A stretch of 59,174 nucleotides of DNA from assembly GCA_964354655.1 (NCBI GenBank), contig CAYHAL010000001.1:32032-91205 (forward strand). The letters are read 5' to 3'. The position numbers were made by a program, and so were the translations under genes. The notes below the pieces were generated by a model. The model saw only the letters and a program-made list of their open reading frames with translations. It made no database searches and was not told the DNA's origin. Of this stretch, positions 1 to 8,084 are shown in pieces; within the stretch, counting starts at the first letter, position 1, and each line of letters opens with the position of its first letter. The stretch comes from an uncultured Dehalococcoidales bacterium. Its GTDB lineage: Bacteria; Chloroflexota; Dehalococcoidia; Dehalococcoidales; E44-bin46.

Positions 1-540
1 CTCTGGCACTATCGTCAAGTATGATGGCACTAACTGGAGCGACCCAATGACCAGCCACACCACCAATATCCTCTATAGTGTCTGGGGAAGCCTTGCAACC
101 AATGTCTTCGCCGTGGGAGCCTCTGGCACTATCGTCAAGTATGATGGCACTAACTGGAGCGACCCAATGACCAGCGACACCACAGATACCCTTTATGGTG
201 TCTGGGGGAGTTCAGATACTGATGTCTACGCTGTAGGCGCCTCTGGCACTATCCTTCATACTGCTAATGGTGGCACTACCTGGACTCCCCTGACCAGCGG
301 CACCACAGATACCCTTTATGGTGTCTGGGGAAAGGATTCAACCCATATCTTCGCTGTAGGCGCCTCTGGCACTATCCTCTATTCTACTGGCGGCGCAACG
401 CCTAGCTGGAGCTCCCTGACCAGCAACACTACAAATGACCTTAGGGGCGTCTGGGGAAGCCTTGCAACCAATGTCTATGCTGTAGGAATCTGTGGCACTG
501 TCCTCAAGTATGATGGCACTAACTGGAGTTCAATGACCAG
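1..540 (+). repeat. Tandem ~120-nt (40-codon) coding repeats, 4-5 units
   Basis: Units start at about nt 1, 121, 241, 364 and 484, each beginning ctctggcactatc (the last is tgtggcactgtcc). The first 56 nt of units 1 and 2 are identical. Confidence 0.85.
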
Positions 541-1981
541 CCCAACCAATACCGTTGATAAGGCGATAAATATAACCGCCACCGGTAGTGTCACCTATGG
601 TGTTACCATTGATGGCATAACCTTCGCGCGGCTGAGGAGCGGCAACGTCTTTACCTACGGCATCTACGATGGTTACGCCGATTACATCACGGTGCGAAAC
701 TGTGTATTCAACTATATATACAACCGGGGGGTTATGCTCACTTCAGCAAATGTCGCCTTCACCAACGGGACAATAAGCAACAATACCTTCAGCCATGGTG
801 GTGGTTCCAGCGTGGCTGGTACTGATGCTGCCATTGATATTACGGTGCCGACGGGTACTAAAGCCATAAGCGGGATTACCATAAGCGGCAATACCATCAC
901 TGACCAAAAGGGTAAGGGTATTTACCTAGATGGATACCTTAGCAGTTATAAGGTTTCGTCGGTCAGCATCACCAACAATACCATTACCAGAGCTACCAGT
1001 TATGGTATTCAGGGATACGACGAGTATACCGATACCATTACCATAACCAGCAATACTATTACCGGTTCTTATGAGGATGGCATAGACGTAAAAGGTACCG
1101 CCTATACTATCAAGAAGAACGTTATAACCGGTAGCCTCGGTGATGGCATTGATGTGGAGACTTCGTCTGCCAGTCACCTTATTAACTACAATGACATCTA
1201 CAATAACACCGGCTATGGGATAAATGTTCGCTCAGGGGTATCAACGGTCAATGCCAAGTATAACTGGTGGGGCAATGCCACTGGACCAACCTATACTGCA
1301 GCTACCGGTGCCAGCGTCGATGTATCTAATCCTGAGGGCACCGGTGAGAACATCACCGACCGGGTTACCTATTACGAGTGGCTGTATAAGCCTAAAACTG
1401 ATGTCATCGCCGATAACGCTGCCTATTATACCCGGGCAGTGAATCTAAGCGTTGGCTGGAATACCCTGTCAACGCCGATAATCCTTGACCCGTCAGGAGA
1501 TACCGTTGATGAGGTAGTGGACTCAGCTAAGTTGACCATTGCCTACTGGTATGACACCAATGATGCTGATTCCGATGGCACTTACTGGGAGCAGGTAACC
1601 ACCGGCTATGAGTTAGAGCCGTGTGATGCTATCTATATTAAGATGCACGCTACTGACAGCGTGATACTGAAATACAATGCCACCGACGCATCTACACCAA
1701 CCAAGGATTTATATGCCGGGTGGAACCTGATAGGTCTAGCCAACCTGGAGACCAAGCACGTGGATGACGCTGTGCAATCGGTAGCCAACACGCCGACCAA
1801 CCTACCCGGTTACTCCCAGGTGGTCAGTCCATCAATGAACAGCTCAGATTGGACCTATTCTTCCGGTCAGAGCTACACCAATCAAGATATGCTGGTTGGT
1901 GAAGGCTACTGGATTTATATGCAGAATGACTGTACCTTGGCTGGGTTTACTATCACTCCATTACAGCCATCGCTCGATTAA
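2..1981 (+). CDS. Surface/secreted repeat protein, 5'-truncated by the window edge: ~40-aa beta-propeller-like repeats, then parallel beta-helix (PbH1-like) repeats, then a C-terminal domain
   Basis: The frame of ORF 47..1981 stays open back to nt 2, and nt 1-56 are identical to nt 121-176, so the CDS continues upstream. The repeat unit is WGSxxT(D/N)V(Y/F)AVGASGTI(L/V)xYDGTNWSxxTSxTTxxLYGV. The middle part has NNTITxxxxxGI-type repeats typical of right-handed beta-helix proteins. Confidence 0.7.
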   Translation, partial: SGTIVKYDGTNWSDPMTSHTTNILYSVWGSLATNVFAVGASGTIVKYDGTNWSDPMTSDTTDTLYGVWGSSDTDVYAVGASGTILHTANGGTTWTPLTSGTTDTLYGVWGKDSTHIFAVGASGTILYSTGGATPSWSSLTSNTTNDLRGVWGSLATNVYAVGICGTVLKYDGTNWSSMTSPTNTVDKAINITATGSVTYGVTIDGITFARLRSGNVFTYGIYDGYADYITVRNCVFNYIYNRGVMLTSANVAFTNGTISNNTFSHGGGSSVAGTDAAIDITVPTGTKAISGITISGNTITDQKGKGIYLDGYLSSYKVSSVSITNNTITRATSYGIQGYDEYTDTITITSNTITGSYEDGIDVKGTAYTIKKNVITGSLGDGIDVETSSASHLINYNDIYNNTGYGINVRSGVSTVNAKYNWWGNATGPTYTAATGASVDVSNPEGTGENITDRVTYYEWLYKPKTDVIADNAAYYTRAVNLSVGWNTLSTPIILDPSGDTVDEVVDSAKLTIAYWYDTNDADSDGTYWEQVTTGYELEPCDAIYIKMHATDSVILKYNATDASTPTKDLYAGWNLIGLANLETKHVDDAVQSVANTPTNLPGYSQVVSPSMNSSDWTYSSGQSYTNQDMLVGEGYWIYMQNDCTLAGFTITPLQPSLD

Positions 1982-2019
1982 GAAAGGGGGTTAAACAAAT
2001 TCAATAAAGGAGGAAACCA

Positions 2020-2928
2020 ATGAAAGCCAAAACAATTGCCTTTGTAATTCTAGCTGGGTTACTGACCCTTTTTACCACCCCAGTCTACGCCCAAGGGGTT
2101 CCACCATTGCCGCATGCCTTCTATGGTAAGATTGAGATAAACGGCAGCCCAGCGCCAGCAGGGACTGTAGTGGAAGCAGAGGGGGAGGGGGTTCAGACGG
2201 GTGTTGAGAATAACCCTATAGTAATCACCGTTAAAGGTCGGTATGGTAGTAAAGAGCCATTGGAGCCAAAGCTCATTGTCCAGGGAGAAATCACAGAGGG
2301 AACAGTCTTAACCTTCTATGTGAATGGCGTTTCCACCGGGCAGACTACGGAGTGGCACAGCGGTGAGGTAACAGAATTAAATCTGACGGTAACTGGAGAA
2401 GTTCCGCCACCGGAGACACCCGAAACTCCACCGCCAGAAACAACCGAGACTCCGCCGCCAACACCTAAGCCAGCCGCTTTTAGCCTAAGTTCTCTTACTA
2501 TATCACCTAATGAAGTTGCTCCTGCCGAAATGGTCACTATTAGTGTCAATGTAGCCAACACCGGTGAGGAAGCTGGCAACTATAAAGTAACACTAAAAAT
2601 AGATGGCGAGGTGGAAGCCAGCAAAGAGGTAACTATTGACGCTAGTGCCAGCCAACAAGTAATCTTTATCGTATCAAAGAATGTGGCTAAGACATACTCA
2701 GTAGATGTTAATGGACTTAGTGGCACATTTGTGGTTGAGGAAGAGACGCCAGCCCCACCAGCTCCGCCGGCACCCCCAGCGCCATCCACGCCAGCAATAC
2801 CTGCACCAACAGCACCAGCTAAGGCTATCAACTGGCCGGTTTTGTGGGGAGTAATAGGCGTGGCTACTGCGGTTGGGGTGGCTGCTTTTGTCCAAGCTAG
2901 AAGAAAGGCTAGGGGAAGACTATACTAA
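2020..2928 (+). CDS. Cell-surface protein: signal peptide, Pro/Thr/Glu-rich linkers, CARDB-like domain, C-terminal TM anchor with basic tail
   Basis: AGGAGG lies 7 nt upstream of the ATG. The N-terminus MKAKTIAFVILAGLLTLFTTPVYAQG looks like a signal peptide. There is a PPPETPETPPPETTETPPPTP linker. The CARDB-like block is ISPNEV..VTISVNVANTGEEAGNYKVTLKIDGE..YSVDVNGLSGTFVV. The C-terminus is AKAINWPVLWGVIGVATAVGVAAFVQARRKARGRLY. Confidence 0.78.
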   Translation: MKAKTIAFVILAGLLTLFTTPVYAQGVPPLPHAFYGKIEINGSPAPAGTVVEAEGEGVQTGVENNPIVITVKGRYGSKEPLEPKLIVQGEITEGTVLTFYVNGVSTGQTTEWHSGEVTELNLTVTGEVPPPETPETPPPETTETPPPTPKPAAFSLSSLTISPNEVAPAEMVTISVNVANTGEEAGNYKVTLKIDGEVEASKEVTIDASASQQVIFIVSKNVAKTYSVDVNGLSGTFVVEEETPAPPAPPAPPAPSTPAIPAPTAPAKAINWPVLWGVIGVATAVGVAAFVQARRKARGRLY

Positions 2929-2982
2929 GCATTGAGCAGATTGGGCGCTTAGCCTGATTGGCTGAGGGGACCAAAAGGAGTA

Positions 2983-3726
2983 ATGGATAGCCGCTTAATT
3001 GGCAAATTTATTCTGTTGGCTATTCTTCTGGCTGTTCCTTTAGTGAGTGGGTGCCAACAAGCTACTCCCTTGCCACCCCCATCTGCCATAACCAGTATTG
3101 GCGACATAAGGGCAGTCCCGACAGCCTATGAGGGGAAGGTGGTTATTATTGAGGGGGAGTATCAGGGGTGGAAGGGAGGCTTTGGGTCTCCACCAGTAAC
3201 CCGTAGCGACTGGTTGGTAAAGGATGCCAGTGGCTGGCTCTATGTAACCGGGAAGCCGGCAGGGCTTGACCCTTTGGCTGACCTTGGACACCCAATAAAA
3301 GTTACCGGGCTAGTCAGGATAACTAAGGATGGTGAGCCGTATTTATATGCTCAGGAGATAGAGATAAAAGTAAACAAGGTAAGCGCCTTACTCCTGCTGC
3401 AGATAGATTTGAAAGAGAAGCAGCTAGCTGCCCCGACACCGGAGAGATTGGAACAGATGAAGGCAATGGGGATGAGGACAGAAAACCTGGGCAAGCAGAG
3501 GATATTCATCCACCTTGCTCAAGAGCCAACAGCCCAGCAAATAGACGAGCTAAAGGCAATGGGCATCACTCCTTACCCCGATTCATGGATACCCCCGGCA
3601 GGTGAGAGCCCCACCGGCTTTATAGTGGCTGATATGCCTATAGACAAGCTTAATGAGCTAGCAGGCAAAGACTACGTGGTATGGCTGGATACCGCCGAGC
3701 AAATGCTTGAGCCCCAGACCGAATAG
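2983..3726 (+). CDS. Lipoprotein with an N-terminal OB-like domain and a C-terminal copy of the protease pro-region module
   Basis: Lipobox LVSGC follows a hydrophobic signal. C-terminal residues MKAMGMRTENLGKQ...EQMLEP match 78/86 residues of the N-terminal region of the downstream subtilase (hand alignment). Confidence 0.75.
   Translation: MDSRLIGKFILLAILLAVPLVSGCQQATPLPPPSAITSIGDIRAVPTAYEGKVVIIEGEYQGWKGGFGSPPVTRSDWLVKDASGWLYVTGKPAGLDPLADLGHPIKVTGLVRITKDGEPYLYAQEIEIKVNKVSALLLLQIDLKEKQLAAPTPERLEQMKAMGMRTENLGKQRIFIHLAQEPTAQQIDELKAMGITPYPDSWIPPAGESPTGFIVADMPIDKLNELAGKDYVVWLDTAEQMLEPQTE
3457..3714 (+). repeat. Duplicated 258-nt coding module, copy 1; copy 2 is at 4265..4522
   Basis: Near-identical nucleotide stretches, e.g. 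gcaatggggatgaggacagaaaacctgggcaagcagaggatattcatccaccttgctca in both copies. Weaker similarity extends about 27 codons upstream (KVSALL..LQ). Confidence 0.9.
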
Positions 3727-3838
3727 ACTGCAACCTAAGGCGGGCTATTTCGGGAAGTTAGCCTAAAGAAAACCATTAGCCCACCTGACAAAAGGTCAAT
3801 TTTTGTGTCCCAATCTGCCTCATTTGTCCACACCTATC

Positions 3839-3867
3839 TTGACAGAAGGCATTTTTTATGCCATAAT
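3839..3867 (+). promoter_or_regulatory. Sigma70-like promoter candidate: TTGACA-N17-CATAAT
   Basis: TTGACA at 3839-3844, a 17-nt spacer containing the palindrome GGCAT-TTTTT-ATGCC, and CATAAT at 3862-3867. Confidence 0.45.
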
Positions 3868-3974
3868 TGAGCCAAGTGTCTCTTTTATATTTAAGGGGGT
3901 TAATATGAAGTAATAGCAAAAGTGCCGGCAGTCTTCATTTTAGGAGGTTACCGTGCGGAAAATAACCTACTTAC

Positions 3975-4003
3975 TTGACAAAAGGGGATGTTTGTGGCAC
4001 AAT
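3975..4003 (+). promoter_or_regulatory. Sigma70-like promoter candidate: TTGACA-N17-CACAAT, 9 nt upstream of ATG 4013 (leaderless-type)
   Basis: TTGACA at 3975-3980 and CACAAT at 3998-4003. There is no SD before ATG 4013. The box lies inside the ORF-track GTG-3953 extension. Confidence 0.45.
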
Positions 4004-4012
4004 TGTAGCCAC

Positions 4013-7000
4013 ATGTCCACAGCACTTAACAAAATTGCCACTAGTAAAATACCTAAAGTTATAGGTACGATTTCCATCTTACTATTACTTATCTTCAGCA
4101 GTATGCCTGGTGTCCACGCAGAGTCTCAGTCAACCGGTGGTAGCCAGGCAATTTCATTTCCGGCATCTGAGCCTGGGGCAAAAGTCAGCGCTTTGCTCTC
4201 ATTGCAGGTGGGTGCCAAGCTGCGCTGCCAACAAACTCCGCCAACAGCCGATGAGCTGAACATGATGGAGGCAATGGGGATGAGGACAGAAAACCTGGGC
4301 AAGCAGAGGATATTCATCCACCTTGCTCAGGAGCCAACAGCTCAGCAAATAGATGAGCTAAAGGCAATGGGCATCACTCCCTATCCCGATTCGTGGATAC
4401 CCCCTGTAGGTGAATACCCCACCGGGTTTATAGTGGCTGATATGCCCATAGGTAAGCTTGATGAGCTGGCAGGCAAAGAGTATGTTGTCCAGCTGGATAC
4501 CACTGAGCAGATGCTTGAGCCTCATAATGACCTGGCAGCAGCAAAGATAAACGCTGATGATGTCTGGGCCTCGGGCTATGATGGCACCGGGGTCAGGATA
4601 GCGGTATTGGATTCCGGACTGGACACTGCTCACCCCGACATTCCAGTGCCAGTAGCTAGTAAAGACTACTCAGAATGGCCAGTGCTGGATAATACCATTG
4701 CCAATACCGTGACCGGGCATGGTACCCATGTTACCGGCTCGGCTGTGGGGCGGGGAACGCAATCTTCCGGAGCCACCCACCGGTATAAAGGAATGGCTCC
4801 AGACGCTGGCCTTATATTTTTGAAGATTGGTAATGATGCTAGTGGTAGTGCCTCACTTGATGCCATGACTAATGCTATTAAGGCAGCGGTAGATACCTAT
4901 GATGCTGACATCATAACCATGAGTTATGGTGGCTGGGGGAATTACCACGATGGAACCCGGCAAGATTCCCAAGCGGTAGACTACGCCTTTAGTAAGGGAG
5001 CCGTCGTCTTTATTTCCGCTGGGAATGAGGGCGATGATGCCCAGCATTACTCAGGTACAGTAAATGCCAACAGCACCACTGGCTTCATCCAGGTCAATGT
5101 TACTGGCTCTAACGGATCCAATGCCTGCCTTGGGTTTAACCTGGTCTGGTATGATGGTCTGACAAATAGTAATGACCTTGTTCTGGAATACTACGATTCT
5201 ACTCGGACGCTGTTAGCGACCACTTGGGCAGGGGCTCAAGAGCAGAGCTGGAAGGGTACGGAGCATGAGCTTTCTGGCTACGGTCCTGAAGCTGGTTGGT
5301 ACTATTACCTGCCATGGGGAAACCCAACCTACTATCTGAGGGTCACCAACAATTCAAATACTAATCAGTCCTTCCATATCTACTTTGAGGGTATTACTAG
5401 TGGCGGGGCTTCGGTGAAATTCCAGAACCCCGACCCCTTTTACACCTTAAGCTCACCAGCCGATGCGGAGAAAGCTATAGCCGTTGGCTCTTATACCACC
5501 AGAAAGACTTGGGCCGATTACCAAGGGGTTAGCCATTACTATCTCAACCCTGAAGAGACGGTAAACACGGTGAGTGCCTTTAGTAGCCGTGGACCAAGGG
5601 TAGATAGTGGGGCGCCACAGAAGCCAAACATCGTTGCCCCGGGCAGTGCCATCATCTCCGTCCGGGACCAGGGTGTCTATCCATTAGCCTCCGGGTATGA
5701 TTCTTTCATTATTGATAACGATGGTCAGAACCTAAATGGTACAGGTCCAGCCGATTATTTTGTAATGCGGGGGACGAGTATGGCTTCTCCTATTGCCGCT
5801 GGGGCAACTGCCCTATTACTTGAGGCCAAGCCTGAGCTAAAGGGACATCCAGCAACAGTCAAAAACCTGCTCCAGTCAACGGCTGCTTCTGTTGATGCCA
5901 ACAATAATATAGACGGCTACGGTCTATTAAATATCCAGGCTGCCCTGGCAGCCAGTCCCTCTGCCCTAGAGGCAGACTGGCTATTTATGGTTTACCTTGA
6001 TGCTGATAATAACCTGGAAAGCGCCGGCATTGACGACTTGAACGAAATGGAAGTTGCTGGCTCTACAACTCGGGTCAAAATTGTGGTTCAGATGGACCGT
6101 GCTGAGGGTTACGACACCAGCAACGGAAACTGGACTGGTGCCAAGAGGTTCTATGTAACTCAGGATACTAACACAGCGATTATTAACTCTCCAGTAATTG
6201 CTGACCTGGGAGAGGTAAATATGGGTGCCCTGGCGACACTGCAGGGCTTTATTGAGTGGGCTATCGCCAACTACCCAGCCCAGCATTATGCCCTAGTGCT
6301 GTGGGACCATGGCAGCGGCTGGAGGGAGCAAAACTCTTCGGCTATAAAATCCGTCTGCGTTGATGACCAAGCCAACGATGAGTTAACCATGACCGAGCTG
6401 AGGAGCGCACTGAATGCAGCTAATGCCACCACCGGGGAAGTGCTGGATATCATTGGCTTTGACGCCTGTCTAATGCAGATGGTGGAGGTGACCTACCAAG
6501 TCATGGGGAGTGCTAGCCGACCTCTGGTTGATATAGCCGTAGGCTCGGAGGAAACCGAACCCGGTGACGGCTGGGATTATGCTGCTACCCTGACTGCCCT
6601 AACCGCCAACCCAACAATGACAGCCTCGCAACTGGCTACCAGGATAGTTAATGACTACATAAGCTCTTACAGTCCGACCTTGGGCATAACCCAGTCGGCG
6701 GCAAATCTGGGTCTTGTTGATGAACTGGCAACCGCCATTAATAGCTTTGCTCAAGCCATGACCGGTGCCACCGGTGATTGGAATGCGATTAAGACAGCTA
6801 GAGGTCTAGCCCAGGAATACTACTACAGCTACTATATTGACCTCTACCACTTTGCCCAACTGGTAAATCAGAACACAAGCATTAGTCAAGCGGTCAGAAA
6901 TGCTGCCAGTTCGGTTATGACAGCGGTAAATAATGCGGTTATTGCTGAGGGGCACACCTCATCGGTAGCCAATTCCCACGGTTTGTCCATCTATTACCCT

Positions 7001-7996
7001 GAGACCGTGAGTGATTATTTCTCTGACTACGAGACCAGTCTCTTGTTCACCACCGATACCCAGTGGGACGAGTTTCTTAATGCGATACTCTTTGGGGTTG
7101 TGCCGGATACCACTCCACCTACAGTAACCAGCACCTCACCTGCGGCTAATGCCACCAATGTCGCGGTTAATACTACCGTCAGTGTTACCTTCAGCGAGGC
7201 AATGAATGCATCAACCATAACCACCAGTAGCTTTACCCTGGGTGGGGTATCGGGTAGTGTCTCTTATAACAGTGGCACTTATACTGCTATCTTCACCCCC
7301 GGTGCTAACCTGAGCAATAGCACTACCTATACTGCTAACCTGAGCACAGCCATTACTGACGCTGCTGGTAATCCACTAGCCTCAGCCTATTCGTGGAGCT
7401 TTACTACTGAGGCTGGGGTTATCGTCAGCATTGGTGCCCCGACTCAGGCAGCCCCTGACAGTGATTTTACAGCTAATGTCAATATCAGCCAGGTAGTTAA
7501 CTTTGATGCCTGTAACTATGACGTCTCGTTTGATGCCTCGGTGCTACGGCTGGACAATGTAACCTCAGGGCTGATAGGGGCAACGACGATACCGGTTGAT
7601 ATCGCTAACCAGATTAGCCCTGGGGCATACCGGGTTATTCAGAATGTTCCCGGTATATCAGGAGTAAGTGGCTCTGGGTATCTAGCAGTTTTGCATTTCC
7701 ATGTGATTGGCTCAGCAGGCACTAGCAGTGCTATAGGTCTATCCAATGGTACGCTTGCCAATAGCTTGGCTGAGGAGATAGCAGCGACATGGGTTGGTGA
7801 TTCGGTAAATGTTAGTTCGGTGCTTCCGGGAGATGCCAACGGTGACGGTAACATCAACGCTCGTGATATTACTAAAGTAGAAAGGATTGTAGCTGGGCTG
7901 GATGTCCAAACAACCGGGGCTGACGCCAATCAAGATGGAAATATCAACGCCCTGGATATTACCAAGATAGAACTAATAATCGCTGGGCTAGCTTAA
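4013..7996 (+). CDS. Multidomain secreted protease: signal peptide, pro-region, subtilisin-like S8 domain, clostripain-like C11 domain, Ig-like (SbsA-type) domain, cohesin-like domain, type-I dockerin
   Basis: M at 4013 starts MSTALNKIATSKIPKVIGTISILLLLIFSSMPGVHAES, a signal peptide. S8 triad motifs are VAVLDSGLD, HGTHVTGS and GTSMASP. C11 motifs are LWDHGSGW (nt ~6301) and GFDACLMQ (nt ~6455). The Ig-like block is DTTPPTVTSTSPAANATNV...FSEAMNASTI. Dockerin Ca-loops are GDANGDGNINARDITK and DANQDGNINALDITK. Confidence 0.85.
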   Translation: MSTALNKIATSKIPKVIGTISILLLLIFSSMPGVHAESQSTGGSQAISFPASEPGAKVSALLSLQVGAKLRCQQTPPTADELNMMEAMGMRTENLGKQRIFIHLAQEPTAQQIDELKAMGITPYPDSWIPPVGEYPTGFIVADMPIGKLDELAGKEYVVQLDTTEQMLEPHNDLAAAKINADDVWASGYDGTGVRIAVLDSGLDTAHPDIPVPVASKDYSEWPVLDNTIANTVTGHGTHVTGSAVGRGTQSSGATHRYKGMAPDAGLIFLKIGNDASGSASLDAMTNAIKAAVDTYDADIITMSYGGWGNYHDGTRQDSQAVDYAFSKGAVVFISAGNEGDDAQHYSGTVNANSTTGFIQVNVTGSNGSNACLGFNLVWYDGLTNSNDLVLEYYDSTRTLLATTWAGAQEQSWKGTEHELSGYGPEAGWYYYLPWGNPTYYLRVTNNSNTNQSFHIYFEGITSGGASVKFQNPDPFYTLSSPADAEKAIAVGSYTTRKTWADYQGVSHYYLNPEETVNTVSAFSSRGPRVDSGAPQKPNIVAPGSAIISVRDQGVYPLASGYDSFIIDNDGQNLNGTGPADYFVMRGTSMASPIAAGATALLLEAKPELKGHPATVKNLLQSTAASVDANNNIDGYGLLNIQAALAASPSALEADWLFMVYLDADNNLESAGIDDLNEMEVAGSTTRVKIVVQMDRAEGYDTSNGNWTGAKRFYVTQDTNTAIINSPVIADLGEVNMGALATLQGFIEWAIANYPAQHYALVLWDHGSGWREQNSSAIKSVCVDDQANDELTMTELRSALNAANATTGEVLDIIGFDACLMQMVEVTYQVMGSASRPLVDIAVGSEETEPGDGWDYAATLTALTANPTMTASQLATRIVNDYISSYSPTLGITQSAANLGLVDELATAINSFAQAMTGATGDWNAIKTARGLAQEYYYSYYIDLYHFAQLVNQNTSISQAVRNAASSVMTAVNNAVIAEGHTSSVANSHGLSIYYPETVSDYFSDYETSLLFTTDTQWDEFLNAILFGVVPDTTPPTVTSTSPAANATNVAVNTTVSVTFSEAMNASTITTSSFTLGGVSGSVSYNSGTYTAIFTPGANLSNSTTYTANLSTAITDAAGNPLASAYSWSFTTEAGVIVSIGAPTQAAPDSDFTANVNISQVVNFDACNYDVSFDASVLRLDNVTSGLIGATTIPVDIANQISPGAYRVIQNVPGISGVSGSGYLAVLHFHVIGSAGTSSAIGLSNGTLANSLAEEIAATWVGDSVNVSSVLPGDANGDGNINARDITKVERIVAGLDVQTTGADANQDGNINALDITKIELIIAGLA
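7457..7806 (+). repeat. Cohesin-like coding module, copy 1; the paralogous copy is at 8217..8560
   Basis: Copy 1 reads DSDFTANVNISQVVNFDACNYDVSFDASVLRLDNVTSGLIG...YLAVLHFHVIG. Copy 2 reads DSDFTANVNISEAVNFDACNYDVSFDASVLRLDGVTSGLIG...YLAVLHFHVVG. One 6-nt indel separates them. Confidence 0.85.
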
Positions 7997-8084
7997 TTGA
8001 CGTTAGCTAAAAAGATGAAGCAAGCAGGCCTTAGCTGCGCTAAAACCTTGCCCTAGCGAGAGGGCGAGGTAGGGAGGGTGTAAT

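Noticed and set aside
1-540. The regular 120-nt repeats at the window start were considered as a CRISPR-like array.
   Set aside because: The repeats are contiguous without spacers, stay in one open reading frame and encode a 40-aa protein repeat.
3953-4012. The GTG-3953 start proposed by the longest-ORF rule for the protease.
   Set aside because: The extension (MRKITYLLDKRGCLWHNCSH) overlaps a TTGACA-N17-CACAAT promoter box. ATG 4013 gives a canonical signal peptide instead.
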